Part shown: positions 1 through 8,892 of the stretch, piece by piece
How the letters are laid out: each line of letters starts with the position of its first letter
Position numbering within the stretch: the first letter of the stretch is position 1
Origin: a virus
Taxonomy: Duplodnaviria; Caudoviricetes
DNA: 64,000 nt
Virus record (IMG/VR): IMGVR_UViG_2861773553_000003
Location: 20,849-84,848 of that record
Direction: 5' to 3' (one strand)
Position numbers and translations under genes: made by a program
The notes under the pieces: model-generated
Seen by the model: only the letters and a program-made list of their open reading frames with translations
Told to the model about the DNA's origin: nothing
Database searches by the model: none

Positions 1-45
1 AGGTGTCGATCCCGCCTCGCACCGTCGCCACCCCCTGTCAGTAAT

Positions 46-88
46 CGCTTTCGCGGCGCGCGAAAAGGTTTCACGCGTCGCGAAAGCG
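46..88. promoter_or_regulatory. 20-bp imperfect inverted repeat (operator or hairpin)
   Basis: CGCTTTCGCGGCGCGCGAAA-agg-TTTCACGCGTCGCGAAAGCG: 18 of 20 Watson-Crick pairs, upstream of the first ORF. Confidence 0.5.
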
Positions 89-221
89 CAACCTGGGAGG
101 CATTGGAGACCCGTGATAATCCGGCTTATCACGGGTCCTGGTGCCTCACCCGCCTGGGCGGAAACCCCAGGCCAGCAGCCATATTCGTCCCCCGACCCCT
201 CTGCCGAGAGGACCGACGACC

Positions 222-467
222 ATGCCCATCTTTTACCGTCCCCGCCTCGTACCCGATCTCCCCGCCTTTCCCCGCCAGCTCCTCCTGTCGCACGACGGGG
301 AGCTCGCCTGCCGCTGCGGCAACATGCCCCACATCGAGGGCTTCGCCTACGCGGCCGCCGACGGAACCGTACTGGACGAGCCCACCGATGACTGGGAGGC
401 CGGCCTCTACCACTGCTCGAACCCCGCGTGCGGGATCTACATCGACTGTCGCGACCCGCAGCGATGA
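222..467 (+). CDS. Small Cys-rich hypothetical protein (possible Zn ribbon)
   Basis: GAGAGGA RBS, ATG at 222; CxC...CxxxxC motifs. Confidence 0.6.
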   Translation: MPIFYRPRLVPDLPAFPRQLLLSHDGELACRCGNMPHIEGFAYAAADGTVLDEPTDDWEAGLYHCSNPACGIYIDCRDPQR

Positions 468-782
468 ACCCCGTGCCGTACCGCGACCGCACCATATGAG
501 GCGAAAACGATGCCTGCGCCCGTGAACGGGGCCACACTGGTGCTGACCTACCGCCGGCCCGGCGGCGAGGTTCTCACGGTTCGCGTCGCCGCCGACGGGG
601 ACCTTCCCTGCGCGCTCTGCCCGGCCTGCCGGGCCGAGACCGTCTAGGCCGAACGCGTCGTGGTGCTACGCCCGTCGCGCTCGCCGGCCAGGCCGTCAAG
701 TTCGGTGGCCGCCCGGGGATCCGGCTCGTCTGCCGGGCCCCGGGCTGCCCGATGGAACCCTCACCCGTTCTGGAGAGATGCC

Positions 783-1142
783 ATGAGCCGCCCCAGCCCG
801 CCCTCATCCGCCAAGCTGATACAGCTGCTGGATCTCGGGGTTGAGACCCTCGAAGCGTACGGCCGCGCCGAGCTGGCGGCGGAGGACTGCGAGGTGATCC
901 CGGCCAAGGGCCTGAGCGACGAGGCGCTGACCGAGCTCGGGTTCACCCTTGGGCCCGTCGATCCCGTCGATCCGCTGTTCCGTGAGGCGACCCTGCCCCG
1001 GGGATGGCAACGCCGTCTCGATCCGGAAGACTCCCGGAGCGTTCTGGTGTACGACCGCGCCGGGCAGCGGCGGCTGCGCCTGTGGTACAAGGCCGCTCCG
1101 TACGACCGGGACGCGCGCATCTCAATCGAGTACCGCCCGTAG
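783..1142 (+). CDS. Conserved phage-type hypothetical protein
   Basis: GGAGA RBS; LPRGW...YDRAGQRRLRLWYKAAPYDRDA resembles a recurrent phage hypothetical family. Confidence 0.7.
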   Translation: MSRPSPPSSAKLIQLLDLGVETLEAYGRAELAAEDCEVIPAKGLSDEALTELGFTLGPVDPVDPLFREATLPRGWQRRLDPEDSRSVLVYDRAGQRRLRLWYKAAPYDRDARISIEYRP

Positions 1143-1274
1143 CCGCATCGGGCGGACGTGCGTCCGCCCTGCGGCCCCTCCCGAGTCCGGCCAAAGCGAG
1201 GGATCGGCTCTTGTCCATCTGTAGTGAGTGAAGGGCCCGACCGGGGGTCACCCACCGCAGTGCAGGGAGACGTC

Positions 1275-2369
1275 ATGAGCCAAGACGCGTACCGGTTCGC
1301 CGCCCTCGACCCTCGCCCCGTCCCCGAGGCGCGGGAGCACAACGCGGCGGTGATCGTCCAGCCCGCCCTGGGCATCAAGGTCACCGCGCCCCAGGTCGCG
1401 GCCGCATGCGACCTGGGGACCATCGGCCCCGAGGATCAGGACGAGGGCACCGGCACGGTCGCGATCGAGTCGGCGCTGACCTGCCCCCTGCCGCCGGCGG
1501 GGACGACCCTGGTCACGGCCGACCCGGACGCGGGCAGCCTCGGCGCGATGGCCGTGCTGGCGCTGCGTGCGGCCAAACGACCGCTCGACGCTGGCGTACT
1601 CGACCGGGTCCGCCTGATCGCGGCGGCCGACGCCGCGGCGGCCGCCCCGTGGCCGGGACCGCAGCCGACGTCTACGCCCGAGGACCTGGTAGGCCCGGCC
1701 ACGCCCGTGTTCCATGCGGCCGCCGACCCCGCCCGGTCCGTGGCCGAGCGCGTCGACCTGCTCGCCGACTGGCTGCGGGGGCGGCCGGCGGCGGAGGAGG
1801 CCATGGCCGGCTATCGCGCCCGCGCCCTGGATGAGGCCCGCACGGCTCTGGCCGACCTCCGGATCCGTGTGCACGGGCCCATCGCCGTGGTCATCGGCAC
1901 CAGCCGCGCGGCGCTCACCCTCGGCCACCGTAGTGCGCCGATGGCGCTGCACACCGACGCGGGACTCCCGGCCGCAGGCGGGAAGCTCCAGCACACCCTG
2001 GCCCGGTGGAATCGGCACACCCAGTCCTACCTGGGATGGCCTGAGCTGAGGGAGGATCTCAACGCCGCCGACCCGGTCGTCACCGCCGCCGCGAGCTGGG
2101 GCGGCTCGGCGAGCACCCTGAGGTCACCCCACGGCGTCGGTTCCGGCCTCAGTACCGAGGACGTCCTGGCGATCGTGCGCGAGCACCTGGCCGACGGGAT
2201 GGAGCATCGCGGCTACGACCTCGTCCTGTACGCCGAGTACTACGCGGGCATGGCCGAGCGGGAGCTGCCGTACGACGAGGATGACGCCACACAGGTCGAG
2301 GAGGCCCTGCGGCAGCTCGCCAGGGACCGGGCGGCCCTGCGGGCCTGGGACGACACCGCGCGGGAGTGA
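1275..2369 (+). CDS. Hypothetical protein (364 aa)
   Basis: GGGAGA RBS, ATG at 1275, GC-rich third codon positions. Confidence 0.7.
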   Translation: MSQDAYRFAALDPRPVPEAREHNAAVIVQPALGIKVTAPQVAAACDLGTIGPEDQDEGTGTVAIESALTCPLPPAGTTLVTADPDAGSLGAMAVLALRAAKRPLDAGVLDRVRLIAAADAAAAAPWPGPQPTSTPEDLVGPATPVFHAAADPARSVAERVDLLADWLRGRPAAEEAMAGYRARALDEARTALADLRIRVHGPIAVVIGTSRAALTLGHRSAPMALHTDAGLPAAGGKLQHTLARWNRHTQSYLGWPELREDLNAADPVVTAAASWGGSASTLRSPHGVGSGLSTEDVLAIVREHLADGMEHRGYDLVLYAEYYAGMAERELPYDEDDATQVEEALRQLARDRAALRAWDDTARE

Positions 2370-2588
2370 GCGGAGGCCACCATCAGGAATCACCCCGGGC
2401 GGGCGATGGTGTAGCGTGCCGTACGGCTCGCGCACAGCCCGCCCAGTCCGACCCCGCCTACGCCGGGGACCGGGCGCCGACGGCGAAGGTCCCGAGCGGA
2501 CCGCGCACCCCTCAGACGTTCACGCCCGCACGGGCACTGGGTTCTCCTCTGGGCGGGGTGCGTAGGGCTCCGCCCGGAAGGACGCTCC

Positions 2589-3584
2589 ATGCCCCGGCAT
2601 GCCGACCGCAAGCAGCACACACGCGAGTACGCCACCCGCAACGGCCTGACCTACCAGCGGGCCGAAGCCCAGCTCCGCGCGCGCCGGGCCGACCCCGAAC
2701 ATGATCGGGTCCGCCGCTACGTGCTCTCCGGCGAGGTCGCGGCCATCCTGGCCGGAGAGGGGCTGCGCGGCGTGGCCCAGGTCGAGCCCGCGGACGCGTG
2801 GCTGGCGCGTCGCACTCCGCGCTACGAGTGCGACGTGTGCCACCGGGAGGGCGACGCCCGGATCGAGGACACCACACTGGGCCTCGTCATGGCCGCCTAC
2901 GACCCCGACATCAGCCCGGTCACCGGCATGATCAGCTCCCGGCGCCAGCACGCCGCCTGCGGCGGCTGCTGGGTGCACTGGGCCTACAACGTCGAGATCC
3001 CGCAGGGACCCACGTTCCTGTCGCTGCCGGCGATCGCCGAGCCGGATCTGGCGGCGGAGCTGTCGGTCGAGGTGCACCCGATCCTGCTGCCCGACGGGGA
3101 AGGGGAGCAGCAGCCGGCGTTGATGACCACCGTCCAGGTCACCAAGGACGCGGGCGCGGGCGCGGCGGCGTGGCTGTCGCAGCTTGAGCTCATGCTGCGC
3201 GAGGCCGGCTTCGGCACCCTGGACGACCCCGGCGAGGCCGAGGGGTGGAGCGTTCGCGTGGTCGAGCACTATCCCGCGTCGTACACCGCGCAGTGGGTGG
3301 CGGTCCGGGCCACGCCTGCGCGGGACGGGGTCGCGCCGGACCACGTGTACCTGGGGGCCTGGTCGCCGTCGTGGGAATGGCTGGCCGCCGTCGGCCGATC
3401 CCGGCACATCCTGCTGATCGTGGGCCCGGTGAGCGTCGCCGGGGAGGTGCCTGACCCGCCGGACCCCGGGAACGTCGAAGCGCTGTGGGAGCTGGACGAG
3501 GAGGGTGCCCTGCTCGCCGCCCAGGTGCCGTTCGAGCTGGACGACATGTCCGATCGCGTTCCCCGGCCCGAACGGCCGGAGTGA
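2589..3584 (+). CDS. Hypothetical protein (331 aa) with CxxC motifs
   Basis: AAGGA RBS, normal composition; CDVC and CGGC motifs. Confidence 0.7.
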   Translation: MPRHADRKQHTREYATRNGLTYQRAEAQLRARRADPEHDRVRRYVLSGEVAAILAGEGLRGVAQVEPADAWLARRTPRYECDVCHREGDARIEDTTLGLVMAAYDPDISPVTGMISSRRQHAACGGCWVHWAYNVEIPQGPTFLSLPAIAEPDLAAELSVEVHPILLPDGEGEQQPALMTTVQVTKDAGAGAAAWLSQLELMLREAGFGTLDDPGEAEGWSVRVVEHYPASYTAQWVAVRATPARDGVAPDHVYLGAWSPSWEWLAAVGRSRHILLIVGPVSVAGEVPDPPDPGNVEALWELDEEGALLAAQVPFELDDMSDRVPRPERPE

Positions 3585-3590
3585 GCGAGG

Positions 3591-3691
3591 TGTCTCACGC
3601 GTGAGACAGACACGGGACCATGTCTCACGCGTGAGACAGTCCTCGTCTCTCACGCGTGAGACAGACGCGCGGGTGTCTCACGCGTGAGACA
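3591..3691. repeat. Four copies of the 18-bp palindrome TGTCTCACGCGTGAGACA (putative parS/centromere)
   Basis: Copies at 3591, 3621, 3646 (one mismatch) and 3674, directly downstream of the parA operon. Confidence 0.85.
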
Positions 3692-3704
3692 CCTTGCGAC
3701 GGGG

Positions 3705-4709
3705 CTACTGTCCCGACTCCAGCTCACGGGTGCGCCGCTGGACGACCTCGTCCAGGATGTCCTCGGGAACGTCGGCCTCCAGCTCAGTGGTCAGATCCTG
3801 CAGGGCCTGCAGGATCCGCCGTGTATCCAGCAGCAGGGCGGCCGCGCCTTCGGGGTAGTACTCGACCAGGTCGCGCAGCTTCTTGCGCCGGGCGTCGTCG
3901 CTGATCGCCATGGACTCGGCGGCCTGGGTCGCGGTCCGCACGGCCACCTCATATCGCTGGTAGGTCGAGCGCACCCGTTTCGGTGCCTCGCCGGTGAACT
4001 GCTCCAGCTGCTTGGGCTCGCCCAGCCCCAGCACCGTGCGCGCCCTCTTCAAGCCGGCTTCGCCGATGTCGCCCTCGGCGTTCGCCAGGTCGAAGACGGC
4101 GCGCGCCTTGTCGGGCCCATGCTTTTTAATCAGCGGGCCCAGGATGCTGGTTTGCCGGAACGACCAGTCGAGCTCCAGGTCGGGCCAGGTGCGCACGACC
4201 CGGCCGTACTCGATCAGGCGGTAGGCGTGCGCGCGCTTGTACCCGAACCGCTCCTCGGCGTAGACCTCGAAGTTGGGCACCAGGCCGTGCTCTTGGATGT
4301 GCGCGAGCGCACCCCCGATCGAGGCGGCGATGTACCGGCGCATGTACCGGTCCGTCAGCTGCTTGTGCTCGGCCGCGTCCCGGATCGCCCGCTCGCAGGC
4401 GGCCAGCTGCTCGGCCGGGGTGCCCTCGGGTTCGTCGAAGGTGGGCAGCAGAGCGAAGTAGTTCTGCAGCGCCTTCTCCGGCGTGTCCGGCAGGGCCGGC
4501 GGTGCGGGCGCGGGACGGGACGTGGGCGCCCACTCGGCGTCGGCCTGAGGCGAGACCGGTTCGGAGAACTCCACCTTGTCCAGCGCGGCCGTGCCGCCGC
4601 CGATCGTCCGGCGGCCGCGCGGTGCCCGGCGGCGGGGCGCCGTGACGGAGTCCTCGGCCTGGGCGGCCGGCTCCGCCCCGGCGGCGGCGGTATCGGTCTC
4701 GGCGCTCAT
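3705..4709 (-). CDS. ParA partner, putative centromere-binding HTH protein
   Basis: Overlaps the parA stop by 4 bp; FEVYAEERFGYKRAHAYRLIE HTH-like motif; low-complexity N-terminus. Confidence 0.7.
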   Translation of the reverse strand: MSAETDTAAAGAEPAAQAEDSVTAPRRRAPRGRRTIGGGTAALDKVEFSEPVSPQADAEWAPTSRPAPAPPALPDTPEKALQNYFALLPTFDEPEGTPAEQLAACERAIRDAAEHKQLTDRYMRRYIAASIGGALAHIQEHGLVPNFEVYAEERFGYKRAHAYRLIEYGRVVRTWPDLELDWSFRQTSILGPLIKKHGPDKARAVFDLANAEGDIGEAGLKRARTVLGLGEPKQLEQFTGEAPKRVRSTYQRYEVAVRTATQAAESMAISDDARRKKLRDLVEYYPEGAAALLLDTRRILQALQDLTTELEADVPEDILDEVVQRRTRELESGQ

Positions 4710-5413
4710 GCGGCGTCCTCATCGTAGGGGGCGACCAGCTCGTCGCCGACGTCCTCGTACTCGGCCAGGTCGTGCAGCGGGTTCTCGCTGTGGATGGCCT
4801 GGCGGTACCACTTCCAGTTCGTCGCCTGCGCCTGGAACGCCTCGAAGTCGTGCCGGCCGAGCCAGGCGCGGGCGTCGCGCCCCTCGTTCGAGGGCGGGGA
4901 AGGCACCTTGGTGAGCAGGACCCGGACCCCGATCTCGTGCGCCACGTCCTGGGCGGCCTCCTCGGCCGCCTTGAACGTCGGCGGCACGCGCTCCAGCTCG
5001 CCGGGGGTGGGCGCGACCGCGATGACCAGCTCGTGCGACTTGCGCAGCGCCGCCTTGAAGATGTCGGGGCTCTCGCCGCCGGTATCGACGATGATCACGT
5101 CATAGGCGCCCTGCTCGACGTGGTCGTCGATGCAGTCGTCCACGTGCGGGCTGGGGAAGGTGACCAGGGTGAAGGGGAGCTCGACCCCGCGGCGCTTGAG
5201 GTTGCGGTACCAGGAGTAGCAGGTCTGGGACAGCGGGTCGGCGTCGACGACGAGCACGCGCAGGCCGTACACCTTGGCGAAGAACACCGCGAGGAAGAAC
5301 GTGCTGGTGCTCTTGCCCGCGCCTCCCTTCAGGATCCCGACCGTGATGACCAGCGGCCGGGGAAGGCGAAGTCTGCGCTCGCTCCGGGCGGGGCGTGCGG
5401 CGGTGATGGACAT
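4706..5413 (-). CDS. parA: ParA family partition ATPase
   Basis: Deviant Walker A KGGAGKST, VVDADP, Walker B IIVDTG. Confidence 0.92.
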   Translation of the reverse strand: MSITAARPARSERRLRLPRPLVITVGILKGGAGKSTSTFFLAVFFAKVYGLRVLVVDADPLSQTCYSWYRNLKRRGVELPFTLVTFPSPHVDDCIDDHVEQGAYDVIIVDTGGESPDIFKAALRKSHELVIAVAPTPGELERVPPTFKAAEEAAQDVAHEIGVRVLLTKVPSPPSNEGRDARAWLGRHDFEAFQAQATNWKWYRQAIHSENPLHDLAEYEDVGDELVAPYDEDAA

Positions 5414-5494
5414 GGGCGGTACCTCCTGCGACGGAACGCCCGCCGTGAGGAGGGCGCAAGCGACATCCTAGAGAGGCGTTTCGGTGCGAGCACG

Positions 5495-5534
5495 GCGAAA
5501 GGCCGTCCGGCGCTGAGCCGGGACGGCCTTTCGC
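5495..5534. terminator. Stem-loop, probable terminator
   Basis: GCGAAAGGCCGTCC...GGACGGCCTTTCGC 14-bp stem between the RHH gene and parA. Confidence 0.6.
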
Positions 5535-5576
5535 ACCCCGTCGCAGGGGATGTGCCCAGCCTACGCCAGGAGCCGC

Positions 5577-6122
5577 TCAGTCTTCGGCGGCATCATCCTC
5601 GGGTGGGTCGTCGGGGATGCCGAGGGCGTCGAAATAGTGCTCCAGGGCCTCGATCCCCAGGTACTTGGGCATGGTGCCGGTGCGGTCCCAGGCGAGCTTG
5701 AGCCGATCCCGGGTGCGGTGCAGCAGCCAGACGGTGACGGGGTAGTCATGGACCCAGACGGGCGGGGAGGTCCGCGGGGTGGGTGTGCGGGTGGGAGCGG
5801 CCGCCTGGACCTCTTCGGGGGTGGGCTCGGCGGGGATCTGCAGTTCGTCGAACAGACGGTTCAGCGCGGCCTCGATGATGTCCTGGCGGCCGTCGCCGGT
5901 GCGCCGGCAGGCGACGGTGAGCCGGCGGTTGAGGGTCTCGTCGAGCCGGAACTGGATGCGCTTGCGTTCGGCCGCGGCACGGGCGGCGCGGGCGCGCACG
6001 CGCTTGCGACGGGGCGCGGCGGCGCTGGCGGGTGGGGCCGGGGCCGGCGGGGTGGGCGCGTCAGGCAGGGGCGGCTGGAACAGCGCCTCGGGCACCTCGC
6101 GCCGCGGGGGCTGTTCGGGCAT
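5577..6122 (-). CDS. Putative tandem ribbon-helix-helix DNA-binding protein
   Basis: Two RHH-like units: KRIQFRLDETLNRRL...RQDIIEAAL and YPVTVWLLHRTRDRL...LGIEALEHYF. Confidence 0.65.
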   Translation of the reverse strand: MPEQPPRREVPEALFQPPLPDAPTPPAPAPPASAAAPRRKRVRARAARAAAERKRIQFRLDETLNRRLTVACRRTGDGRQDIIEAALNRLFDELQIPAEPTPEEVQAAAPTRTPTPRTSPPVWVHDYPVTVWLLHRTRDRLKLAWDRTGTMPKYLGIEALEHYFDALGIPDDPPEDDAAED

Positions 6123-6260
6123 GCGGATCTCCCGGGGTTCGGTCCGGCGGGGGTGTCTCTAATGGGTCTCACGTTTTGGGTTTTTTCGCAAGCTGGGGTT
6201 CTTGGGCGTGGCGGGGACCTGGCGGTCCCCAACCGAATTGTTTGACTTAGATACAAGCTG

Positions 6261-6289
6261 TTGCGATATCACTACAGATATGTTAGAAT
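6261..6289 (+). promoter_or_regulatory. Sigma70/HrdB-type promoter of the rightward operon
   Basis: TTGCGA-17 nt-TAGAAT with extended TG, inside an AT-rich patch. Confidence 0.65.
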
Positions 6290-6417
6290 GAGAGGAAGCT
6301 AGCAGGACTGCGCGCACTTGCGATCTTGAGGGGGCCGGGTCTCCTTTCGCCGCCCCGCCCGCCGCGCGCGCCCGCCCTGCCCACCTCCGTCGCCGCATCG
6401 GCACGTACCCCCCTAGC

Positions 6418-6437
6418 CGCACGCACGAACGCGTGCA
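6418..6437. promoter_or_regulatory. Dispersed palindrome, near match CGCACGC-N6-GCGTGCA
   Basis: One mismatch; abuts the RBS of the gene at 6450. Confidence 0.7.
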
Positions 6438-6449
6438 GAAAGGAAGGCC

Positions 6450-6764
6450 ATGGTGCATCCCCTGTGCTCGAAGGATCCGCTGGGAGACGCCGTCGCCTGG
6501 CTGTACGAGCGCCGCTATCCGTCCGACCCGATGCTGGACTACCCGTGGGGCCTGGAGGACGCCGTCCGCGCGGTGGCCGAGACCTATCGAACCCTGGGCC
6601 CGGGGCCGGAGTACCAGCGGCTGGCCTGGAACGCGCTGCACGGCGAGCGGGCCTGCACCAGCTCGGCGCTGACCGGCTTCACCGCCAGCGCCGAGCTGCG
6701 TGAGCTGACCGCGCGCGTGGACGCGTTGGTCCACCTCGTCACCAGCGATGATGACGAGTGGTGA
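6450..6764 (+). CDS. Hypothetical protein
   Basis: AAAGGAAGG RBS, first gene after the promoter. Confidence 0.7.
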   Translation: MVHPLCSKDPLGDAVAWLYERRYPSDPMLDYPWGLEDAVRAVAETYRTLGPGPEYQRLAWNALHGERACTSSALTGFTASAELRELTARVDALVHLVTSDDDEW

Positions 6765-7011
6765 GCTGGACTGGCTCGACGGGGCCAACGCCCTCCTGGG
6801 CTCGGTGCACGGCATCTGGTGGGCACGGGAGTACGCCCGCAACGCCGGCCTGCGCCGCTGGTTCGGGCGCGTGATCGTCCCCAGCTACGGCCCGACGCTG
6901 GCCGCCCTCGTCGCCGCGCTCTTGGTGGTCTTTTGGTGGCACGTGCTCCTGCTGGCCTGGATCGCCTTCGGCACCCCCGAAGACCCCCCCGAGGACCCCT
7001 CTACCCGCTGA
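6748..7011 (+). CDS. Small membrane protein
   Basis: Hydrophobic C-terminal segment; overlaps the previous gene. Confidence 0.55.
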   Translation: MMTSGELDWLDGANALLGSVHGIWWAREYARNAGLRRWFGRVIVPSYGPTLAALVAALLVVFWWHVLLLAWIAFGTPEDPPEDPSTR

Positions 7012-7030
7012 CCCCCACGGAGGCAGCACC

Positions 7031-7849
7031 ATGTACGGCTACTACGCCGACCCGGCCGGCACCCTCGCCCTGGCCGCCCAGATCGCCGAGCATCTGGATG
7101 AGGGCTTCACCGCCCAGATGTGGCACGACGAGCAGGACGCCGCGCAGGTGGTCCTGCTGGTCAGCGGCCCGCTGCGCATCGCCGTCTACCACCGCACCGC
7201 CGCCGCCTTCCGCAACGGCCGGCTCACCTGTACCGGGGTCTCCCCGACGGACACGCTCCGGGCGTACGCCCGGCCGTACGGGCATTCCATCGAGGTCGCG
7301 ATGGGACGGTCGGCCAAGTCCATCGCCGCCGACATCACCCGCAAGCTGCTACCCGCCTACTGCCGCCAGATCGCCCGGGAACTGGAGTTCAGCGAACGGC
7401 GCGAGCGTCAGGAGGCCGCCGAGCGCGCCGAGGGCGACCGCCTGGCCGCGCGGCTGCCGCACGCCCGCCGAACCGCGCCCGACCGGCTCGACCTGGGCCT
7501 GGCCCGGCTCGACGTGCACAGCGACACGGACGGGCTGGCCTACACCCTCCACCTGCGCCCCGGGGCCGACCTGATCGACCCGCTGGCCACGCTGCTGGCC
7601 GCCGCCCACGATCCCCCCGCGCCCGCCGTACTCGGCGACCTGGAGAACGGCGTCCTGGACGGCACCGCCGGCCTCGACGCCACCGCGGCCTATCTCGGCG
7701 CCGCACATCGGCACGAGCGCGACCGGGTCCTGCGGCTGCTGCGCGAGGGGATCCCCGAGGACCCGGCCGCCGGACTGTCGCCCGACCAGCGCGCCGCCGT
7801 CCAGGCGTCCCTGGAGCGCTACGCCCGGGATCAGGGGTGGATCCCGTGA
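7031..7849 (+). CDS. Hypothetical protein
   Basis: GGAGG RBS, 272 aa, GC-rich third positions. Confidence 0.75.
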   Translation: MYGYYADPAGTLALAAQIAEHLDEGFTAQMWHDEQDAAQVVLLVSGPLRIAVYHRTAAAFRNGRLTCTGVSPTDTLRAYARPYGHSIEVAMGRSAKSIAADITRKLLPAYCRQIARELEFSERRERQEAAERAEGDRLAARLPHARRTAPDRLDLGLARLDVHSDTDGLAYTLHLRPGADLIDPLATLLAAAHDPPAPAVLGDLENGVLDGTAGLDATAAYLGAAHRHERDRVLRLLREGIPEDPAAGLSPDQRAAVQASLERYARDQGWIP

Positions 7850-8139
7850 TCGGCCGCGCCCCCGTCATCGCCGGGGTGCGGGGCACCCGGCGCACCCGCC
7901 GGATCTTGACCGCCCTGCTCGTCCCGGCCTCGGCCCCGACCGTCCAGACGCTGGCACGCCTGGCCCAGGTCCGAAGCGACACCGCCTTCGGGATCTTGTC
8001 CAAGCTTCGCCACGCGCAATGGGTCCGCTGCGAGCACCAGCCCGCCCTGAACGGAGCTCGTGCCCGCACCTACTACCAGCTCACCACGCATGGCCGCACG
8101 CACGCCCGCGTGCTGCTCGGCCTGACGGAGGTCCCATGA
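7846..8139 (+). CDS. PadR-like winged-helix regulator
   Basis: GTGA overlap; LARLAQVRSDTAFGILSKLRHAQWV...ARTYYQLTTHG. Confidence 0.7.
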   Translation: MIGRAPVIAGVRGTRRTRRILTALLVPASAPTVQTLARLAQVRSDTAFGILSKLRHAQWVRCEHQPALNGARARTYYQLTTHGRTHARVLLGLTEVP

Positions 8140-8203
8140 TCGCCGTCCGCGACGCTCGTCGTGGCGCCCCGGCGCCGCACCCGCCCACCCCAGCGAGGCC
8201 ACG

Positions 8204-8671
8204 ATGACCACCCCCTGCCCCATGTCCTATTTCGATGCCCTGCCGTGCGGGGCGCCGACCGTGGCCACGGTCGGCGCTGGCTGCGTCCACGAGCATGTGG
8301 ACACCCTGCCGCTGTGCGCCGACTGCCTGGCCCTGCTGGAGGCCGGCGAGGTCATGTGCGGCCCGTGCGGCCGGGCCGGCCACACCTGCCCGATCCAGCC
8401 CTTGCCCGCATCCGGATCCCACCGACCCCTTGAGGGAGACGTCATGCCCCACCCTGCCCCACCACCGCCGCTGCCCGGCGGCGTGAGCGCCGCCCACCTG
8501 GCGGCCGCCGTCGCCGAGGGCGAGCGCGCCCTGTGGGAGGCGGTCCGCCGCCACTTTCCCGCCATCACCGGCGGGGATCTGCCCCCGGAGCTCGTCGTCG
8601 AGCTCGACCAGGCCCTCACCCGCGCCGTCGCGGCCTGGGTGCGGTGGAACGCCGACCCGGGGGGCGCCTGA
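8204..8671 (+). CDS. Cys-rich hypothetical protein, possibly two genes
   Basis: Multiple CxxC motifs; second RBS and ATG near 8443. Confidence 0.55.
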   Translation: MTTPCPMSYFDALPCGAPTVATVGAGCVHEHVDTLPLCADCLALLEAGEVMCGPCGRAGHTCPIQPLPASGSHRPLEGDVMPHPAPPPPLPGGVSAAHLAAAVAEGERALWEAVRRHFPAITGGDLPPELVVELDQALTRAVAAWVRWNADPGGA

Positions 8672-8892
8672 TGAACGCCTCGGCCTGCCAGGTCTGCGGC
8701 TGCCCCTGGGGCCGATACCCGATCCGGGTCGGCTGCGAGCACGAGCACCTGCAGACCCTGTCCGCCTGCAGGTGCTGCGTGCATCACCTGCGCGAGAACG
8801 ACGAGGTCCTGTGCCAGCCCTGCCTGGAGGCACCGGAGCCGTACACCCACCCTTGCCGCCTGAGCCTGCTGGAGGAGCTGGCCCATGACTGA
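8671..8892 (+). CDS. Cys-rich hypothetical protein
   Basis: Coupled start; GCEHEHLQTLSAC is similar to GCVHEHVDTLPLC in the upstream gene. Confidence 0.6.
   Translation: MNASACQVCGCPWGRYPIRVGCEHEHLQTLSACRCCVHHLRENDEVLCQPCLEAPEPYTHPCRLSLLEELAHD

Noticed and set aside
3591-3691. Mini CRISPR array
   Set aside because: Repeats are 18 bp and spacers only 7-12 bp, no cas operon is present, and the position next to parA fits a centromere better.
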